64,000 bases of DNA from Octopus sinensis (Eukaryota). The notes below the pieces were generated by a model. It had not been told where the DNA came from and did no database searches. It worked only from the letters and a program-made list of their open reading frames with translations. The stretch lies in contig NC_042998.1 of assembly GCF_006345805.1 (NCBI RefSeq), positions 42,532,001 through 42,596,000 of the forward strand, in the 5' to 3' direction. The position numbers were made by a program, and so were the translations under genes. Below, one piece after another: positions 23,080 through 36,450 of the stretch (position 1 is the first letter of the stretch; each line of letters starts with the position of its first letter).

Positions 23080-23990
23080 TTCCCTTAATTTCTAGCGGGT
23101 CACCTTTGGTCACCTTTGTCACACTCGCTTTTCCATAGTTCGCTTCTTTGAGAGAGCTGCGGTCCTGGATCAAGCGTAGACTGAGAGAAGGCACCTGACA
23201 ACTAGGGTGTCATTAGACGTTCACAACCCTCAACCAGTCAGACAAAGCGGGTGGTGGAAGTTCTATTTTGGCATTCTGTAGAGAGTTAGTGGCAGGCAGG
23301 ATCTATAATGTTTTCAGGAAGACTATGGGCGTCAATGAAAATCAGCTGGTTGGTATGTTCTGGAAGACTTTCAGAGCATAGGGGGTATTTTCAGACATCA
23401 CTGGTCCGGCAGTGCTACCGAGGAGTATTGTCGGTTCGAGACAAATTTAATATACATGGAAGTGCCGCCAGCCGAGCCTGCCCGAGATGCATGCTAACTG
23501 TTGTGCACGCATTTTTTTAGTGCTCGATCATTGCCAACTGGAGGAGTTATGTCGAACACCTGCTATTGCATGTAGGACAGATCCAGTCATCTGAGTCCAC
23601 TGTGAAAATTATCTCACCACTTTCCTCTTGGCTGGGAGGGGACAATCAGTCTTTATTTGTCTGGAAGCATCAACGAAAGAGGTTTTGTGGTGAAGCAGAC
23701 GGAAAATGCCGAAGAAAGACATCTTCCTCGTTGGAAAGAAAAATGAAGCTGGAGAAGAAAGTGCTGCCTTTAAACAAATTTGTTAAAAGTAGATGAGAGT
23801 GGCAAGAATGGTCAAAGTGAATGGGGTCTGCTCTGCGCATGCATCTGTAGATTGGGGGAGGCGGATACTGAAAGGCACTTTCCCTAGTGATCAAGGTGAC
23901 CATGGTTTTGTAGCCTTTTTCCACGATCAGCTTTCGGAAAACTACCCTTCCATTATTGGGAAATTATTTCTTGTTTAAATTTTTTCTTTC
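23080..23990 (+). mobile_element. Tx1/L1-clade LINE 3' fragment (zf-RVT region)
   Basis: LVRQCYRGVLSVRDK..G....ACPRC..TVVHAFFxC motif; stops and frameshifts. Confidence 0.7.
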
Positions 23991-24224
23991 TTTCTGTTAC
24001 ACACTTTTATGTATAAATTATTATTGCTGTTGTTATTGTTGTTAGCTTTGTTACTGTTGTTGTTGTTAGCATTGCTATTGTTGTTGTTAAAAAGTAGGGC
24101 ACAATATGCAACAGGTCACTGCCTCGATTCAAGCCACCTTGCTTGGATTTCCAGTAACGAGCCATAGTCTACTCATATAACCACAAAAGTTATGACCAGC
24201 ACATTCAGAGAACAGAACACTCAC

Positions 24225-24420
24225 TGACCAAACAACATTAGTTGGCGTGTGTCAGTTAACGATGGCAAACATCAAACGGTGATTCTATAAGCTTTCCACA
24301 AATTTGCAAGTCAAAGGTTCTGGAAGATTTTACTTGAGATTATATAAATTAACGATTAGGACTCCACGTCAGAGTTACTCCGATTCCACACGGAACCTTG
24401 TTATTTTGCTCGGCGTGATG
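24225..24420 (-). promoter_or_regulatory. possible first exon/promoter of the minus-strand gene
   Basis: Donor TCA|GTGAGT at 24225/24224, CpG-containing, TATA-like near 24345, at the edge of the CpG-depleted domain. Confidence 0.25.
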
Positions 24421-24789
24421 TGTTCTCATCTTTCTACTTATGCTAAGAATACATGTTTGACAAAAGGTTGGTTTACCTCTGTGTTTTAATCTCGAGATCC
24501 ATTATCTTATTATTTTCTCTAATTTCTCTATATTTCTTCAACAATATAAGACACCTGTAATATAACAAATTTAACGAGATCATTTTCTACATCTTTCAAG
24601 CTGCAAATCTTCAACTATTACCTACAGACACACTGAAATGTCATCAGTATTATATAAATAGAATTATATACATATGTAGGATGTAAACAGTTAAACGTAA
24701 TAAATCTATGGAAATATATATTTGATTGTATGGAAACTTTTGTCCAGAAATGCAGTCTTTTATCTCATTGCTTATTATCAACGATATAA

Positions 24790-25445
24790 TAATTCTTTCT
24801 GCTATAGGCACAAGGCCTGAAATTTTGAGGAAGCGGGTTGCTCAGTTACATCGACTCCAGTACTCAACTGGTATTTATTTTATTGAAGGCAGCGAGCTGG
24901 CAGAAACGATAGCACGCCGGGCGAAATGCTTAACGGTATTTCGTCTGCCATTATGTTCTGAGTTCAAATTCCGCCGAGGTCGACTTTGCCTTTCATCCTT
25001 TCGGGGTCGATAAATTAAGTACCAGTTACGCACTGGGGTCGATGTAATCGACTTAATACCTCTGCCTGTCCTTGTTTGTCCCTTCTATGTTTAGCCCCTT
25101 GTGGGTAATAAAGAAATGGGTATTTCGTCTGCCGTTATGTTCTGAGTTCAAATTCCGCCGAGGTCGACTTTGCTTTTCATCCTTTCGGGATCGATAAATT
25201 AAGTACCAGTTACGCACTGGAATCAAGTAATCGACTTAATCCGTTTGTCTGTCCTTGTTTGTCCCCTCTCTGTTTAGCACCTTGTGGGTAGTAAAGAAAT
25301 AGGTATTTATTTTACCGATACGGAAAGGGGATGTGTGGCAAAGTTGGCCTCGACGGAATTTTAACTAAGAACGTAAAACCGGAAAAAAATGCCGTTAAGC
25401 ATGCTGTCCGGCGTGTTAACGATTCCGCCAATTCTCCGCCTTAGA
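24790..25445. mobile_element. young tandem SINE family B dimer (+, about 24887-25300) nested in an older minus-strand family B relative
   Basis: GGTATTTATTTTA on both sides; second unit starts at the internal GGTATTTCGTCTGCC. Confidence 0.8.
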
Positions 25446-27759
25446 CACAATAATAACTGACTTCTCCCCACCCGCCACAGTGCTTTATGGTATTTTATTA
25501 TGACACTTTAAAGCAGGGTATCTTTGCTTTTCATCCTTCTCGGGCAATAAAATAAGTACCAGTCAAGTATTGATGTCGATATAATCGCCCGTACCCCCAC
25601 TCGTATACACGCAAATGCAAGAACATTATTGGTGATATGATAGAGTATCTAGTTATGGTACTTACATCTCTGAGTTCAAATCCCACCGAGGCTCACTTTG
25701 ATTTTCTTACTTCTGAGATCAATAAAATGAAGTACCTCCGCAAAACTGTGCTTTATCATTATTACTACTGGATTATATTTTGAAGAGACTAAATGGAAGT
25801 TCTTTTAATTTTGATGAAAATTTATTGTTTCCATCTGACATGTTAGAATTTCTGTTCTAAATAATATACGCCTATGTATTATCGAACAAGAAGTATAATT
25901 GTGTTTGAATATTCTATCACTTGCGGGCAATGATATTAGGTTGTTATTTCTTGTCAGCTGGAAAAAAACCTGACAAATTTAATTTTTGTTTTGCAAATGT
26001 TTACTCAGATGGTAACAGTAGGAGGTGATATCTTCAACCGTTACTGCTTCCTTCGTTATTCTGAGTAGGCTAAAGAAATTAGTATTGGGAATAATTGACT
26101 AAATAATTACAATACGAATGTTACAGCCGGAATAAAAGCGAAATGAAGAACAATAACAACGAAAATAATATGTGAAAAGGTGATAACAAGTGCAACAATA
26201 GTAACAACATCAGCGACCACGAAAACCACAGCAACGGATGCAACGATAGGGATTGAATTACAGAAAGAAAGTAAATAGTAACAAGGAGGAAATCACTTCT
26301 GCGGTTGCGGTAAAGGAGAAAATTGTCTTGACGTCTTACATAAAAGGGGGTGGGGATGTAATAAGTAAGGAAAAATGGCGGAGAGATTACATTCTCAGGA
26401 GAAACGAAAGAAAAGACACAAGAATGCATTACTAACTAGAGTTGTCTCTCAAAGTCACTAGGGGACTAAAAAAATTCGGTTAAAACAGATTTTGAGAAGG
26501 CAATTATAGATTTAAGACCAACCATATTGCACACCAGTAGGATCTTCGTTAATGGCTTGGTTGAAATTTTGTTCCATAATGGAGAATGTAGCAATAATCA
26601 CTAACGCTAAACAGCAAACGATAAAATAAGAAAGTCGCAACATAATTTGCACGTCCTATATTCTGGCCATGACTGGTTGAATAATTATTCTAATCAAATA
26701 TGCATGCTACCATCGTCCATTACTGAGCGAAAATATATGATTGCCACAGAAAGCCATTATGTTTAATGATTACTTAAGTCTTAATGGTATGCGCAGCTTC
26801 CAACTGTACATTGCAGTGAGAGATTACACAAGATTATCATTTGCAAAAAGTAGTGAAAAATAGAAAACGAACATATTATGGAGAACTTACTGAAACCGGT
26901 TTAATGTCTGGAAAATTGACATTCACCACGAGCTTCTAAAACGACAGCTGCAAGACTGTTTGGACGAGCTATGAATGGCAACATCTAAGTTAGAATTCGT
27001 ATTTCAGTATACAGTAACAAAAAGATTACACGTAGGTTAGAAAATTTTAGTTCTAAATTGTAAATATTATTAATTAAGTGCCATGCAGTACAGTAACTGA
27101 GAAATTTTAACTATAAACAGCAGCTTTGTAATTCAAGCAGAAGATCTTATATAGTTAATCATTACTACATTAGTAGTAAATATCGGAATCTCTGGAAAAA
27201 AGCAAAAAAGAACTTATTTTACAAATGTTTATTTTGTGCCTATTCACAGAATGATCTATTAATTCATTCTAGTTTAATTGAAAGATGTTAGAAAATCATT
27301 TTTGTTTGTAACCCATTCTTAGGCTGCAATGTCTGCGTTTTTCTTATTCATAAGTTGGTAGACTTTAGGTCAAAATTAATTTACTCTTGCCCATTTACTT
27401 TTATGTACAAATAATTTGTAATTGTAAAACTTTGTAGAAGAGATCTGCCAGCTGATTTTAACAAATTATTTCAGAAAATCAGGCGTTCAGTTAGCAGACT
27501 GTTGTGTTGTTGGGCTTAGATTTGAAACCGTGTTAGCTCAGTAATGAGAAATAGTCACATCATATGTGACTTGCCCTGGATTCTGACCAATGCTATTTCA
27601 GCTGCAATCCTATGATCGCTGGAATTTTCCATGATTTTCCAGTAAAAAAAGGCTATAAATTGAGGTGCGCACCACAATAAACCAACGAGGGGCAGAGCTA
27701 AATACAATAAAGGTCATCGAGAAGACAAGTTTCTTAGTCGCTGCTCGACTCAAAGTTAA

Positions 27760-28560
27760 AAGGAATTATTTGATTACAATGGACGCAGGATTTTCTCGCT
27801 TCTCACAACACGAAGATATTGCTAGTTTGTAAAAAAGATCTTTGACTGAGTGGAAAATTTGTCCTGCCCCTATATAATTTGTAATATGTAGTATTTCAAC
27901 GACTGATTTGTAGACGTCCTTGAATTCAAGTGCCGAGGTATATAGTGTGCATACTGATTTCAACATAAGGTATTCTGTACCGAATTCGTCTCTCAGCCGC
28001 GCCCATGTCTTTATATATTCCTGTCTTCGCGTTTTCTCCATCAGTTGTTATATAATTTATGTTACTGAGAACATCATTCAATTGTAATTGCTACCCTATG
28101 TGTTTTGCAAATGCCCATGACACCAAATTAAGTTACTTCACCAATTCTTGAGAAAGTCTTATCGTCTTTACCGTGACTGTCTACATTTTCAGCAGTAGAA
28201 ACTGACTGTGTAGCCCCATTCCGTCAGCTGAGGCTTCATATTTGAAACAGGCAGATTGACTTGATAAGATTTGATGTTAGAATCAATCTAGATCACATTG
28301 AGTTATGGTTTCTAAGAGTTCATTGTGAAAATCAGGAGTGAAGTATTGTAATTCGAACTCAGAAATATCGTTTTGTGTGAATGGCTTATCATACTCAGTT
28401 TCTGCATTTCAGAAACTTCTATCCTTGATATACAGATGTTTGCGATAAGTGTGTGCCTTGGCATCATTAAACAGATACATCCGCCCACTAATTTTGTTAG
28501 AAAGTGACTTGCGTTTCATTTCTTGCTATGGACAGAAATGGATCATCTTCAGTTTCATTT
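27760..28560 (-). pseudogene. decayed hAT-like transposase
   Basis: NINYITTDGENAKTG (TDG catalytic region) followed by ..KDVYKSVVEILHITNYI; many stops. Confidence 0.5.
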
Positions 28561-28665
28561 AAAGAAGAAATTTGTTTTATTTTCAAAAATGTTTTATGAA
28601 CATCTCTCTAGATATGATTTCCAACAACTTCTTTTCTATATTCTGTTCTATTCTATTCTATTCTT

Positions 28666-28895
28666 ATTTCTTTACTGCCCATAAGGGGCTAAAGACAGAG
28701 GAGACAAACAAGGACAGACAAACGGATTAAGTCGATTATATCGACCTCAGTGAGTAACTGGTACTTATTTAATCGACCCCGAAAGGATGAAAGGCAAAGT
28801 CGACCTCGGCGGAATTTGAACTCAGAACGTAGCAACAGACGAAATACTACTAAGCATTTCGCCCAGCGTGCTAACGTTTCTGCCAGCTCGCCGCC
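28666..28895 (-). mobile_element. SINE family B
   Basis: Homology to 1921-2155, inserted in (TTCTA)n. Confidence 0.85.
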
Positions 28896-30243
28896 TTCCA
28901 TTCTATTCTATCTTCTTTGCAGGCAATTGCTTCTGACAACTTTTACACCCTGCTGCACAGTTACTGTCAATGCATAGTCTACACTCTAATTTCGTCCGAG
29001 ACAATTTCTTTGTGACTGGCAGGAATATCTCCATATTAATTTTTCAGCTACATCTTGCTCTTTGGCTTTGATTTCATCAGAACTGTTTCTATGCACACGG
29101 TTGAGTTCTTGGCTACTTAATGAACCAGATTAATTTCTGCATCTGACTGCAGGAAGGAATGTAGGGATGTGCTGCTCCTCTTAAAAATGCTTCTCTTTTC
29201 TTTCTTTATAGAATAATGGTCAGGGTCATCTGAATCCCTCTTTGACGACGTTTGTCCAGGTCTTTTTTAAAAAAGAAAAATAAGTACTAGAAGCTAAAGT
29301 GTTAGGTTTCATTGCTTTTTTTTTTTGTTTCTTTTCAGATTAAATTTTACTCAGAATACCCAGTGTGTCACAGAAAATTCAACAATCATAGGGCTCAGAA
29401 AATATATAGTTTCTAGTGAAAGGAATGAAAAATACAGTTGTTATTGGTAATGACACGACGCCCAAATGAATTTTTCTCCGTTTTGAAAATGGGAAGCAGA
29501 AACAAATGGAGAAGCAGTAATAGATGTTCCGTCTAAGGAACCACTTGCACTTCCATGTACATTTCCAGAAATTGAGAGTAATACGCAATCAAAATACAGA
29601 AGGTGATGGATCATCACATCCGACAGATACTTCGGAAACAGACAGCGAAGCGACATAGTGTAAGCCAAACCTAATCATATCAGAGAAAAATATGTATCCT
29701 TTTGATTAAAAAAAATTGTCTCTAGCTTCTATTCAGAATTGCAATGTTGTAATCAATTAGGTCAAGGTTGAGAGGGAATTAAAGAATTCTATGTTTTATT
29801 TTAGTCATGGCAATAGTGAGTCCCATTTCAGAATTTGACTCCTGTACAGTACATAGAAGGGTTTAATTTGTTACTTTATTTATTGTACTAGGCGTCCAGA
29901 CAATGTGGCAAATTTTCTAGGATGGTTTAAATTATTAGGGAGAAAAGCAGAAAAAAAAATGAAAACTCATAAACAAAGCCCAAGCCACAAAGATTTCATG
30001 TTGAAGTTCAATCTTCTACGCAGGGAATCCTCTCATCTCTTTTACTCTTTTACTTGTTTCAGTCGTGTGACCGTGGTCATGCTGGAGCACCGCCTTTAGT
30101 CGAGCAAATCTTATTCTTTGTAAGCCGAGTACTTATTCTTTGCCGAACCGCTAAGTTACGGGGACGTAAACACACCAGCATCGGTCGTCAAGCGATGTTG
30201 GGGGGGGGGGGACAAACACAGACACACAAACATATACACACAA

Positions 30244-30303
<60 letters not shown>

Positions 30304-30479
30304 GTTGACAAAAAGTTGAGAAATCGTGTACATAAAAACTGGTCTAAAATATTGCGCCGTTTTATGGTCATAGCATCTTTCTCATTGAGCTAGGCTCGGT
30401 ATTTAGTGTGAGTTGGGTAATTATAGTATTGAAACCCAGTAAAATATTTTAAAAATAATTATTGAACTTATTACACAAT

Positions 30480-31550
30480 TTGATCTATTTCTGAAGGGTC
30501 GGATTAAAAAAATTTGGCAATCCTAGAAGTGTCAAGCAGTTATATAAATCACCAACCCAGCAAAAAAGTGCACTATAGATGGTAAAATATGTTTAAGATT
30601 CTATTGTGGCAAAACTTAAAACTTCCAAGTACTTCGCGTTTTCGATAGATCCAATACTAAATCTGGCTCGTGTTGATCACCAAACAATACTTGTATGATA
30701 TATTGTTTCTGGAAAACAAGTAGATAAATTTTAAATTTTCCCGCAGACTGACTCGGAAAAGAATACTTCTCTGCAAGAATCTTTAGGAAAAAAAGGTATT
30801 AATTTTGAAGACTGACGGCAATTTGTCCGCTCATCTTACAAGAATGCAAACCTGAGTAAGAACAAGAATTCAGTAATTCCCTGTATCACTCATAAAATCT
30901 TACTGAATATGCTACTACCTCTTGCAATGTTGAAACTGTTTGTTATCTAGGTTTTATATAAAGTTTATACACCAGTTTTCATGTATCAACACTCAGGTAA
31001 GAAAATCTAATGACGTTTTGGGAAGTAAACAGAACACTAACAGTAAAAGTCTTATATATATAGAAAGATTTTATCTCTGTACTACTTGAACATTTGGGTA
31101 AAGTGGTTGAGGCAGCATTTACATTGAGATTCTCTTTTAGACTCTCAGTTAAGTACAATTTTTGTAGATTCAAGTTGAAAAAAATCACATGGTGTAAATC
31201 TTCAACAGTATTGTTGTGAGTTGTAAAGGCGTTATCACATTTTTTATACAAGGGTGTTATCACATTTTGTGTGTGACAGGTTTTATAGCATATCAAGTTG
31301 AAGCACATTGAATGAAGATTAAACCAAATCATTGATAGTCTCTGGTGACTAATTTTTATACTCCGGAAAAATGTTATTAAATTAGATAGAGCATAACTAA
31401 AATTATTGGTTAGTGCATCGTAAAAATACTCAAAATTAGAAATATATCGATATGTATTAATATATCAAAACTTTGCTGGTCGGCTTGTAAGAAACGATTT
31501 AGTTAAGTATATTAATATCTATTGAGTACAATTTATATACCTTTGTCCAA
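30480..31550 (+). pseudogene. decayed hAT (ZMYM1-like) transposase
   Basis: LKTSKYFAFSIDPILNLARVDHQTIL and KGINFED*RQ..YKNANLS resemble KYFS..D.T.D.SH.DQ and GL....C.GQ.YDNA.NMSG. Confidence 0.6.
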
Positions 31551-31753
31551 CCAGTTGCCATGATTGACCGCTAAATCTACAATTTTTTAATCCTTTTTTT
31601 ATTCCCTCTGTTTATTTCTTCATGTTCCTTTCTGTTGAAGAGCGTAGGCTCGAAATGTAAAAGACTTTCTCTCCTTCCCGAGCGTCAAACTAATACACCT
31701 GCTTGTTGTTTATACATCTATCTTCGTCTTTTGTTTTTCTGTGAATTTCAACA

Positions 31754-31834
<81 letters not shown>

Positions 31835-32903
31835 GTGCATAGATGGGTTAGCATATCCAGGCGGGTACCGTTCAAGCAGTCTATTATAATCCTAGTTATG
31901 ACTAACCACATCGAATGATAAGGAAGAATCTAGGACTATTTGTGGCAAACAATCACAATGTACTTCATCAGATGCATACATTCTGGGCTCGCTTCAGTGG
32001 ATTATAAATAGTTTACAGAGTGTATATCCAAGACGATTCGATGAATAAGTAGAATAATATATCAACACATTTTTTATTATTACAGTCGATTATACAGTAT
32101 ATTTAGTTTAAATCTGCCCGACGTATGTTTCTGCTACATGGATATTTCGCAATGCGGTTTTCATTTTGCATCCAGCTTTTTCATCTGGTGAAAAGTCTAT
32201 GCAGCTTTATTCGAGGTATTGCACAGTGTGGTGATTTGAAGCAAAGTAAAAGTATGTTGGTTTAGGTGGTATTATATTTGGTAGAGGACGGTAATTTTTT
32301 TAGTGCAAAGAATTAAAGAGGAACATTTAGAAACCGGACAGCTATAAAAACGGTTACCAGGATGGCTCTATGATGACCCTAAGGTTTAAACCACATATAA
32401 TGTATAATTGACTGTAATAATAATAAAAAAAATATGTAGATGTATTATTCTCCTTATTCATTGAATTGTCTTTTATGTATGTATGTATGTATGTATGTAT
32501 GTATGTATGTATTAGTATGACCCCCAAATACAGTGTATCTATCATGTAAAAATTTGAGTTGTTCGAGCTGAAAACCTACTTTCAAGACAATCTAACCGTT
32601 GCATTAAAATATCGATCTACATGATGTCTAACAAAACTGAAATATGTTCAGAGTTGTAGCCATATAGCCAAAGATTAATTTGTTTCTCCATTGTATTCCA
32701 CTCTTAATTAATTCTAATTAATATAAATTTGGGGATTATCTCTCTCGTCTTAATGAAGACTAAACCAAACCATTGATAGTTTCTGACAATGATTTAGTTG
32801 AGAAATCTTCATGAAGTTAATGAGTGTTTTTCTATTCACTAGGAATATAATCTTATTTGTTTAAAATCTATTCTCACACTACATTACGAATATTAGCACG
32901 TTA

Positions 32904-33801
32904 CAGTAATCCCTCGACTATCGAGTTTGTCAGCAGAGGCAGCTTCTCCATGCAGAGATACTTAAGGTTGAGCCTCCTTTGAAATTTATCAAACCAGCCC
33001 TTGCTGGCATTAAATTCGGTTGGTTTGGTGGGAGATGCTGTAGATGGTCCTGGTTCAGGTTCGTCTTGGTCGTCGTCACCGCCATACGCAAACTTGTCGT
33101 ATGGCCTTCTCACAGATGGTGTTGGTATCCAGTGCAATGTTCTTATTCCTGCAGTCACTGAGCTAAAGGGCTGATGCAGACTCTATCCTTACGATGGCCT
33201 TACTGTGGGAAGTTACCACTCTTTTCGCTGTCTTGTTAAAAGTCACTTTTGCCGTCGTCCTTATATTTTTACGTCTTTCTTAATGTAGCGAACGGTAAAT
33301 TCATTGATGCCGCAATGGCAGCCTACATCCACATACCTTCTCCCTTCCTTAAGCATGTGGAGGAGTCTCACCTTTGCTATAGTAAGCATTTTCCTCTGGC
33401 GCTTGGGTTCACTGCCAGAAGCCTTGGAAAGTGCAGAACGTTTGGGCGACATCGTAGGGCTTGAAATAAATTCACAATCTTACACACAAATGCAAAACAA
33501 TACTACACACTCGCTTCTCGAGTTTCGTTTTCCATACAGTATATGTGATTCTTTGTTTACTCATCTACGGTATACTACGTTACACTGTATTTTTATCTAG
33601 TAATTTATTAATTTTTAGGCGTGAAAATGCTTATTTTACCACAGAAATAATTAAAATCTAAAAAAATATAAATACCTATCAGCCGCAGAAACCCGCGATA
33701 TACTGAGGAGTCCGCGATATAAATTTACATATATTAACCAGAACAATCCACGATGTACTGAGGGCGCGCTAGGTGAACTGCGATGTGGTAAGTGATTACT
33801 G
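32904..33801 (-). mobile_element. internally deleted Tigger/pogo DNA transposon
   Basis: TA|CAGTAATC..GATTACTG|TA inverted termini; MSPKRS..PKRQRKMLTIAKVRLLHMLKEG (psq HTH) and EFNASKGWFDKFQRR (Tc5 HTH); DDE domain absent. Confidence 0.9.
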
Positions 33802-34726
33802 TATACTCAAGAATAGTTAGGCGCTGCATTCTCACTTTTCTAAATCAATCCGTAGTGATGACGCGTGCCCTAATAATCAAGGCATTCGGTTGGCGATCAT
33901 AAATTCACAGGTTCAATATCTGGACCGGGCGGCGTGTTGTGTCCCTTTGTTCCAGTCTACTCAACTGTAATGTTTGTCAACCGGGTACTGGTGCAGTCCG
34001 CTACCTCGATATTCCGCTGGGTTAAGAGTGAAGGAGCATAGAGAGTGTCTATGTCAACTTATGAGTACATAGACACCTAAAGCAAGTAGCGAAAGCGTGG
34101 CGTATGTTACGAAACCATAATCGCTCGTGAGTGACAGCTAACTGTAGTTATACATAAATTTGTCGTCGTATACGCTGCTGTTCCAAAACTTGTCCTTCTG
34201 TCACCGGAAAATAACAGTGTGTCTATTTGCTTGCAGTAAACTAAATCCTTACTGTCAAAACCTGCTAAACTTAAATAAACGATGACAATATAGCTAGAGA
34301 GTTAAAGGATATAAATTACAGTGATAATTTACTTACAATAAAATTTTGCTGATCAAAATTGATTATTTCTCTGGAAACAGAATAACATAAGACAGTAAGA
34401 ACATAGGATGCGTTTTATATAAGAGATAAAAAAAAAATTGAACATAGTAAATATAATGATGTTTTGTAGTAAGTGCGTTATCTAAAATCTCTTTTACAAC
34501 TTTTTTGAGAAAAAATAGAGAAAAACTTTTGCTAATAGCATTGTAGGGAACATGTCTTCTTAATCAAATGTATACGTTATTAAATTATATTTCATTTTTC
34601 AACAAGAATTTGTGATTTCAAAATATATAATTTTGAAAATGAAACAATATTTTTGACAGTCAAATAAAATATCTGTTTATCAAATTATCTGTTTTAGAAG
34701 AAAGCACTTCTTGGTCCTCATGATAA

Positions 34727-34779
<53 letters not shown>

Positions 34780-35039
34780 ACACACACACACACACACAAA
34801 TACACACACACGCACACACACACAAACAAAGATACACAGACACCAAGAAATAAAAAAAAAGGAGAACTACGGTGAGTTAATGTGCCTATCGCGAGAAAAA
34901 TCTATTTTTATTCAAGTTATGAATGTGTTGTTTTTATTTTTGTCATGAAAATTTTCAGCCAGCACAACTATTATCATAATCAAAATACAAGGAGAATGAG
35001 TTGAGTATTTCGTTTCAGATTGACGACATTTTCACGTTA

Positions 35040-35990
35040 ACAAATTACAGCTTCACTCTGGGATTCATCATCAGTGATGCTTCTGGGGTCGTAGGGAACC
35101 AACCGAGATTGCTCAAGTCGCAGCTTGCATTCTTGTAGCAGGAAATCGTCGGTTTACCTTTTTTGTCCAAAGCCACCGAGCAGCCTTCTCTGCGGCTTCG
35201 GTGATGGAATTTTTGGCCCTTCTCTTTGCTGAATCAGTTACACCAAGCTCAGACAGAATCAACGCACCAGAAAACCGGCAGCCTACTTCAGTTACCTCAA
35301 AGTAACCCCAGCCTTGATATCTGCATTACTCTACCAGCACCTGGTTTTTAGCAAGCCTTCCTTCATGAGCCTCATCCACGTGTTCTTTCCAGAGTACAGT
35401 CAGTTTTCACTCGACTACCTGTTGGAATTTCGAAAGATAACTATGTATGGGCGTAATACCATGTGTTTTGATATGGTCTACTCTAGGAACTTTAACTGCT
35501 TAACGAGATTCACTGTCAGCTGCTAGTCTGAGGTTGTGGAAAGCAGACTGAGTCGTTCATGTTTCAGTGAACTAGGCTTCTTTCGAGCATTGAGAAAAAT
35601 GATGTTCCTAGAATGATATTTGCCTGACTTAGTGGATGTCTTTATGATGCCCGCAACTTGAAGACCTGGCCATGTCACCAGCGATAGCGGCCATCAGTTA
35701 AGGTTCTGGGAGCAATTTCTGAGTGATGTGAAGAGATCCTTCTTCTGTATAGCAGGGGCAGGAAAATGCTTCATTCTTGCCTTGGTTCGAAGGTTTGTTG
35801 GATTTGGTAAAGTGTCGCGAAATCCGATGCACTGAATGTCAGCCCGCTAGAGTTACAACCGTGTGATATTTCGCTGCTGTTTGTTAACCCACCTTGTCCA
35901 AATTACTTGCTGGAATACATCCAGCACCCGTCCTGCTATCCCGTGCTTCTTCTACGTACGAACGGACTTCTTCACAGAATTAAAGCTAAA
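35040..35990 (-). mobile_element. HERO-like (RLE) non-LTR retrotransposon 3' fragment, decayed
   Basis: QQVIWTRW, ..TLPNPTNL, EHVDEAHE, EVGCRF, AKRRAKNSITEAAEKAARWLW motifs. Confidence 0.7.
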
Positions 35991-36199
35991 TGTAAAATAT
36001 CTTTCTTAAAGCAGCCCTAAACAGGCACGTCGTTCACTTTAACTGTTTAGCAAGAAATGTAGACAAATGCCACAAAGTTTGGAGAAGGGTATAATCAGGT
36101 GTTATGGACTACAGTACTGTCTTGTACTTATTTTGTCAGTCCCCGAATGATAAATGATGAAGTCAACTTAACAGGATTTGTATTCAACACCTAAAGACA

Positions 36200-36450
36200 T
36201 TGGCTGAAAATCCCAAACCAACAACACGTTACATATTAAAGCGAGGAAACTTTAAAAGAAAGAGATCCAAATGGAAGTTCAAGAAGCTGGAGTTGGACAA
36301 CTACATTGGGACAACAAGAAATCATATAAGATTTGCAGTTCGAATGAAAAATTATGGTAGTGTGTGCCTGTGTTCTATAATTCAGTGAGTTGCTGGGGTT
36401 ACCGTTGAAGACCATGTCACCGAGTAGTATATTCAAGATAGGCCAGACTG
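36200..36450 (+). mobile_element. possible CR1/L2-type LINE 3' remnant
   Basis: RG.FK..KFKK..Y..TR..FAVR..NY resembles the CR1/L2 C-terminus. Confidence 0.3.

Noticed and set aside
35050-35110. CTGATGA in the HERO-like 3'UTR as a hammerhead
   Set aside because: No matching GAAA or stems nearby
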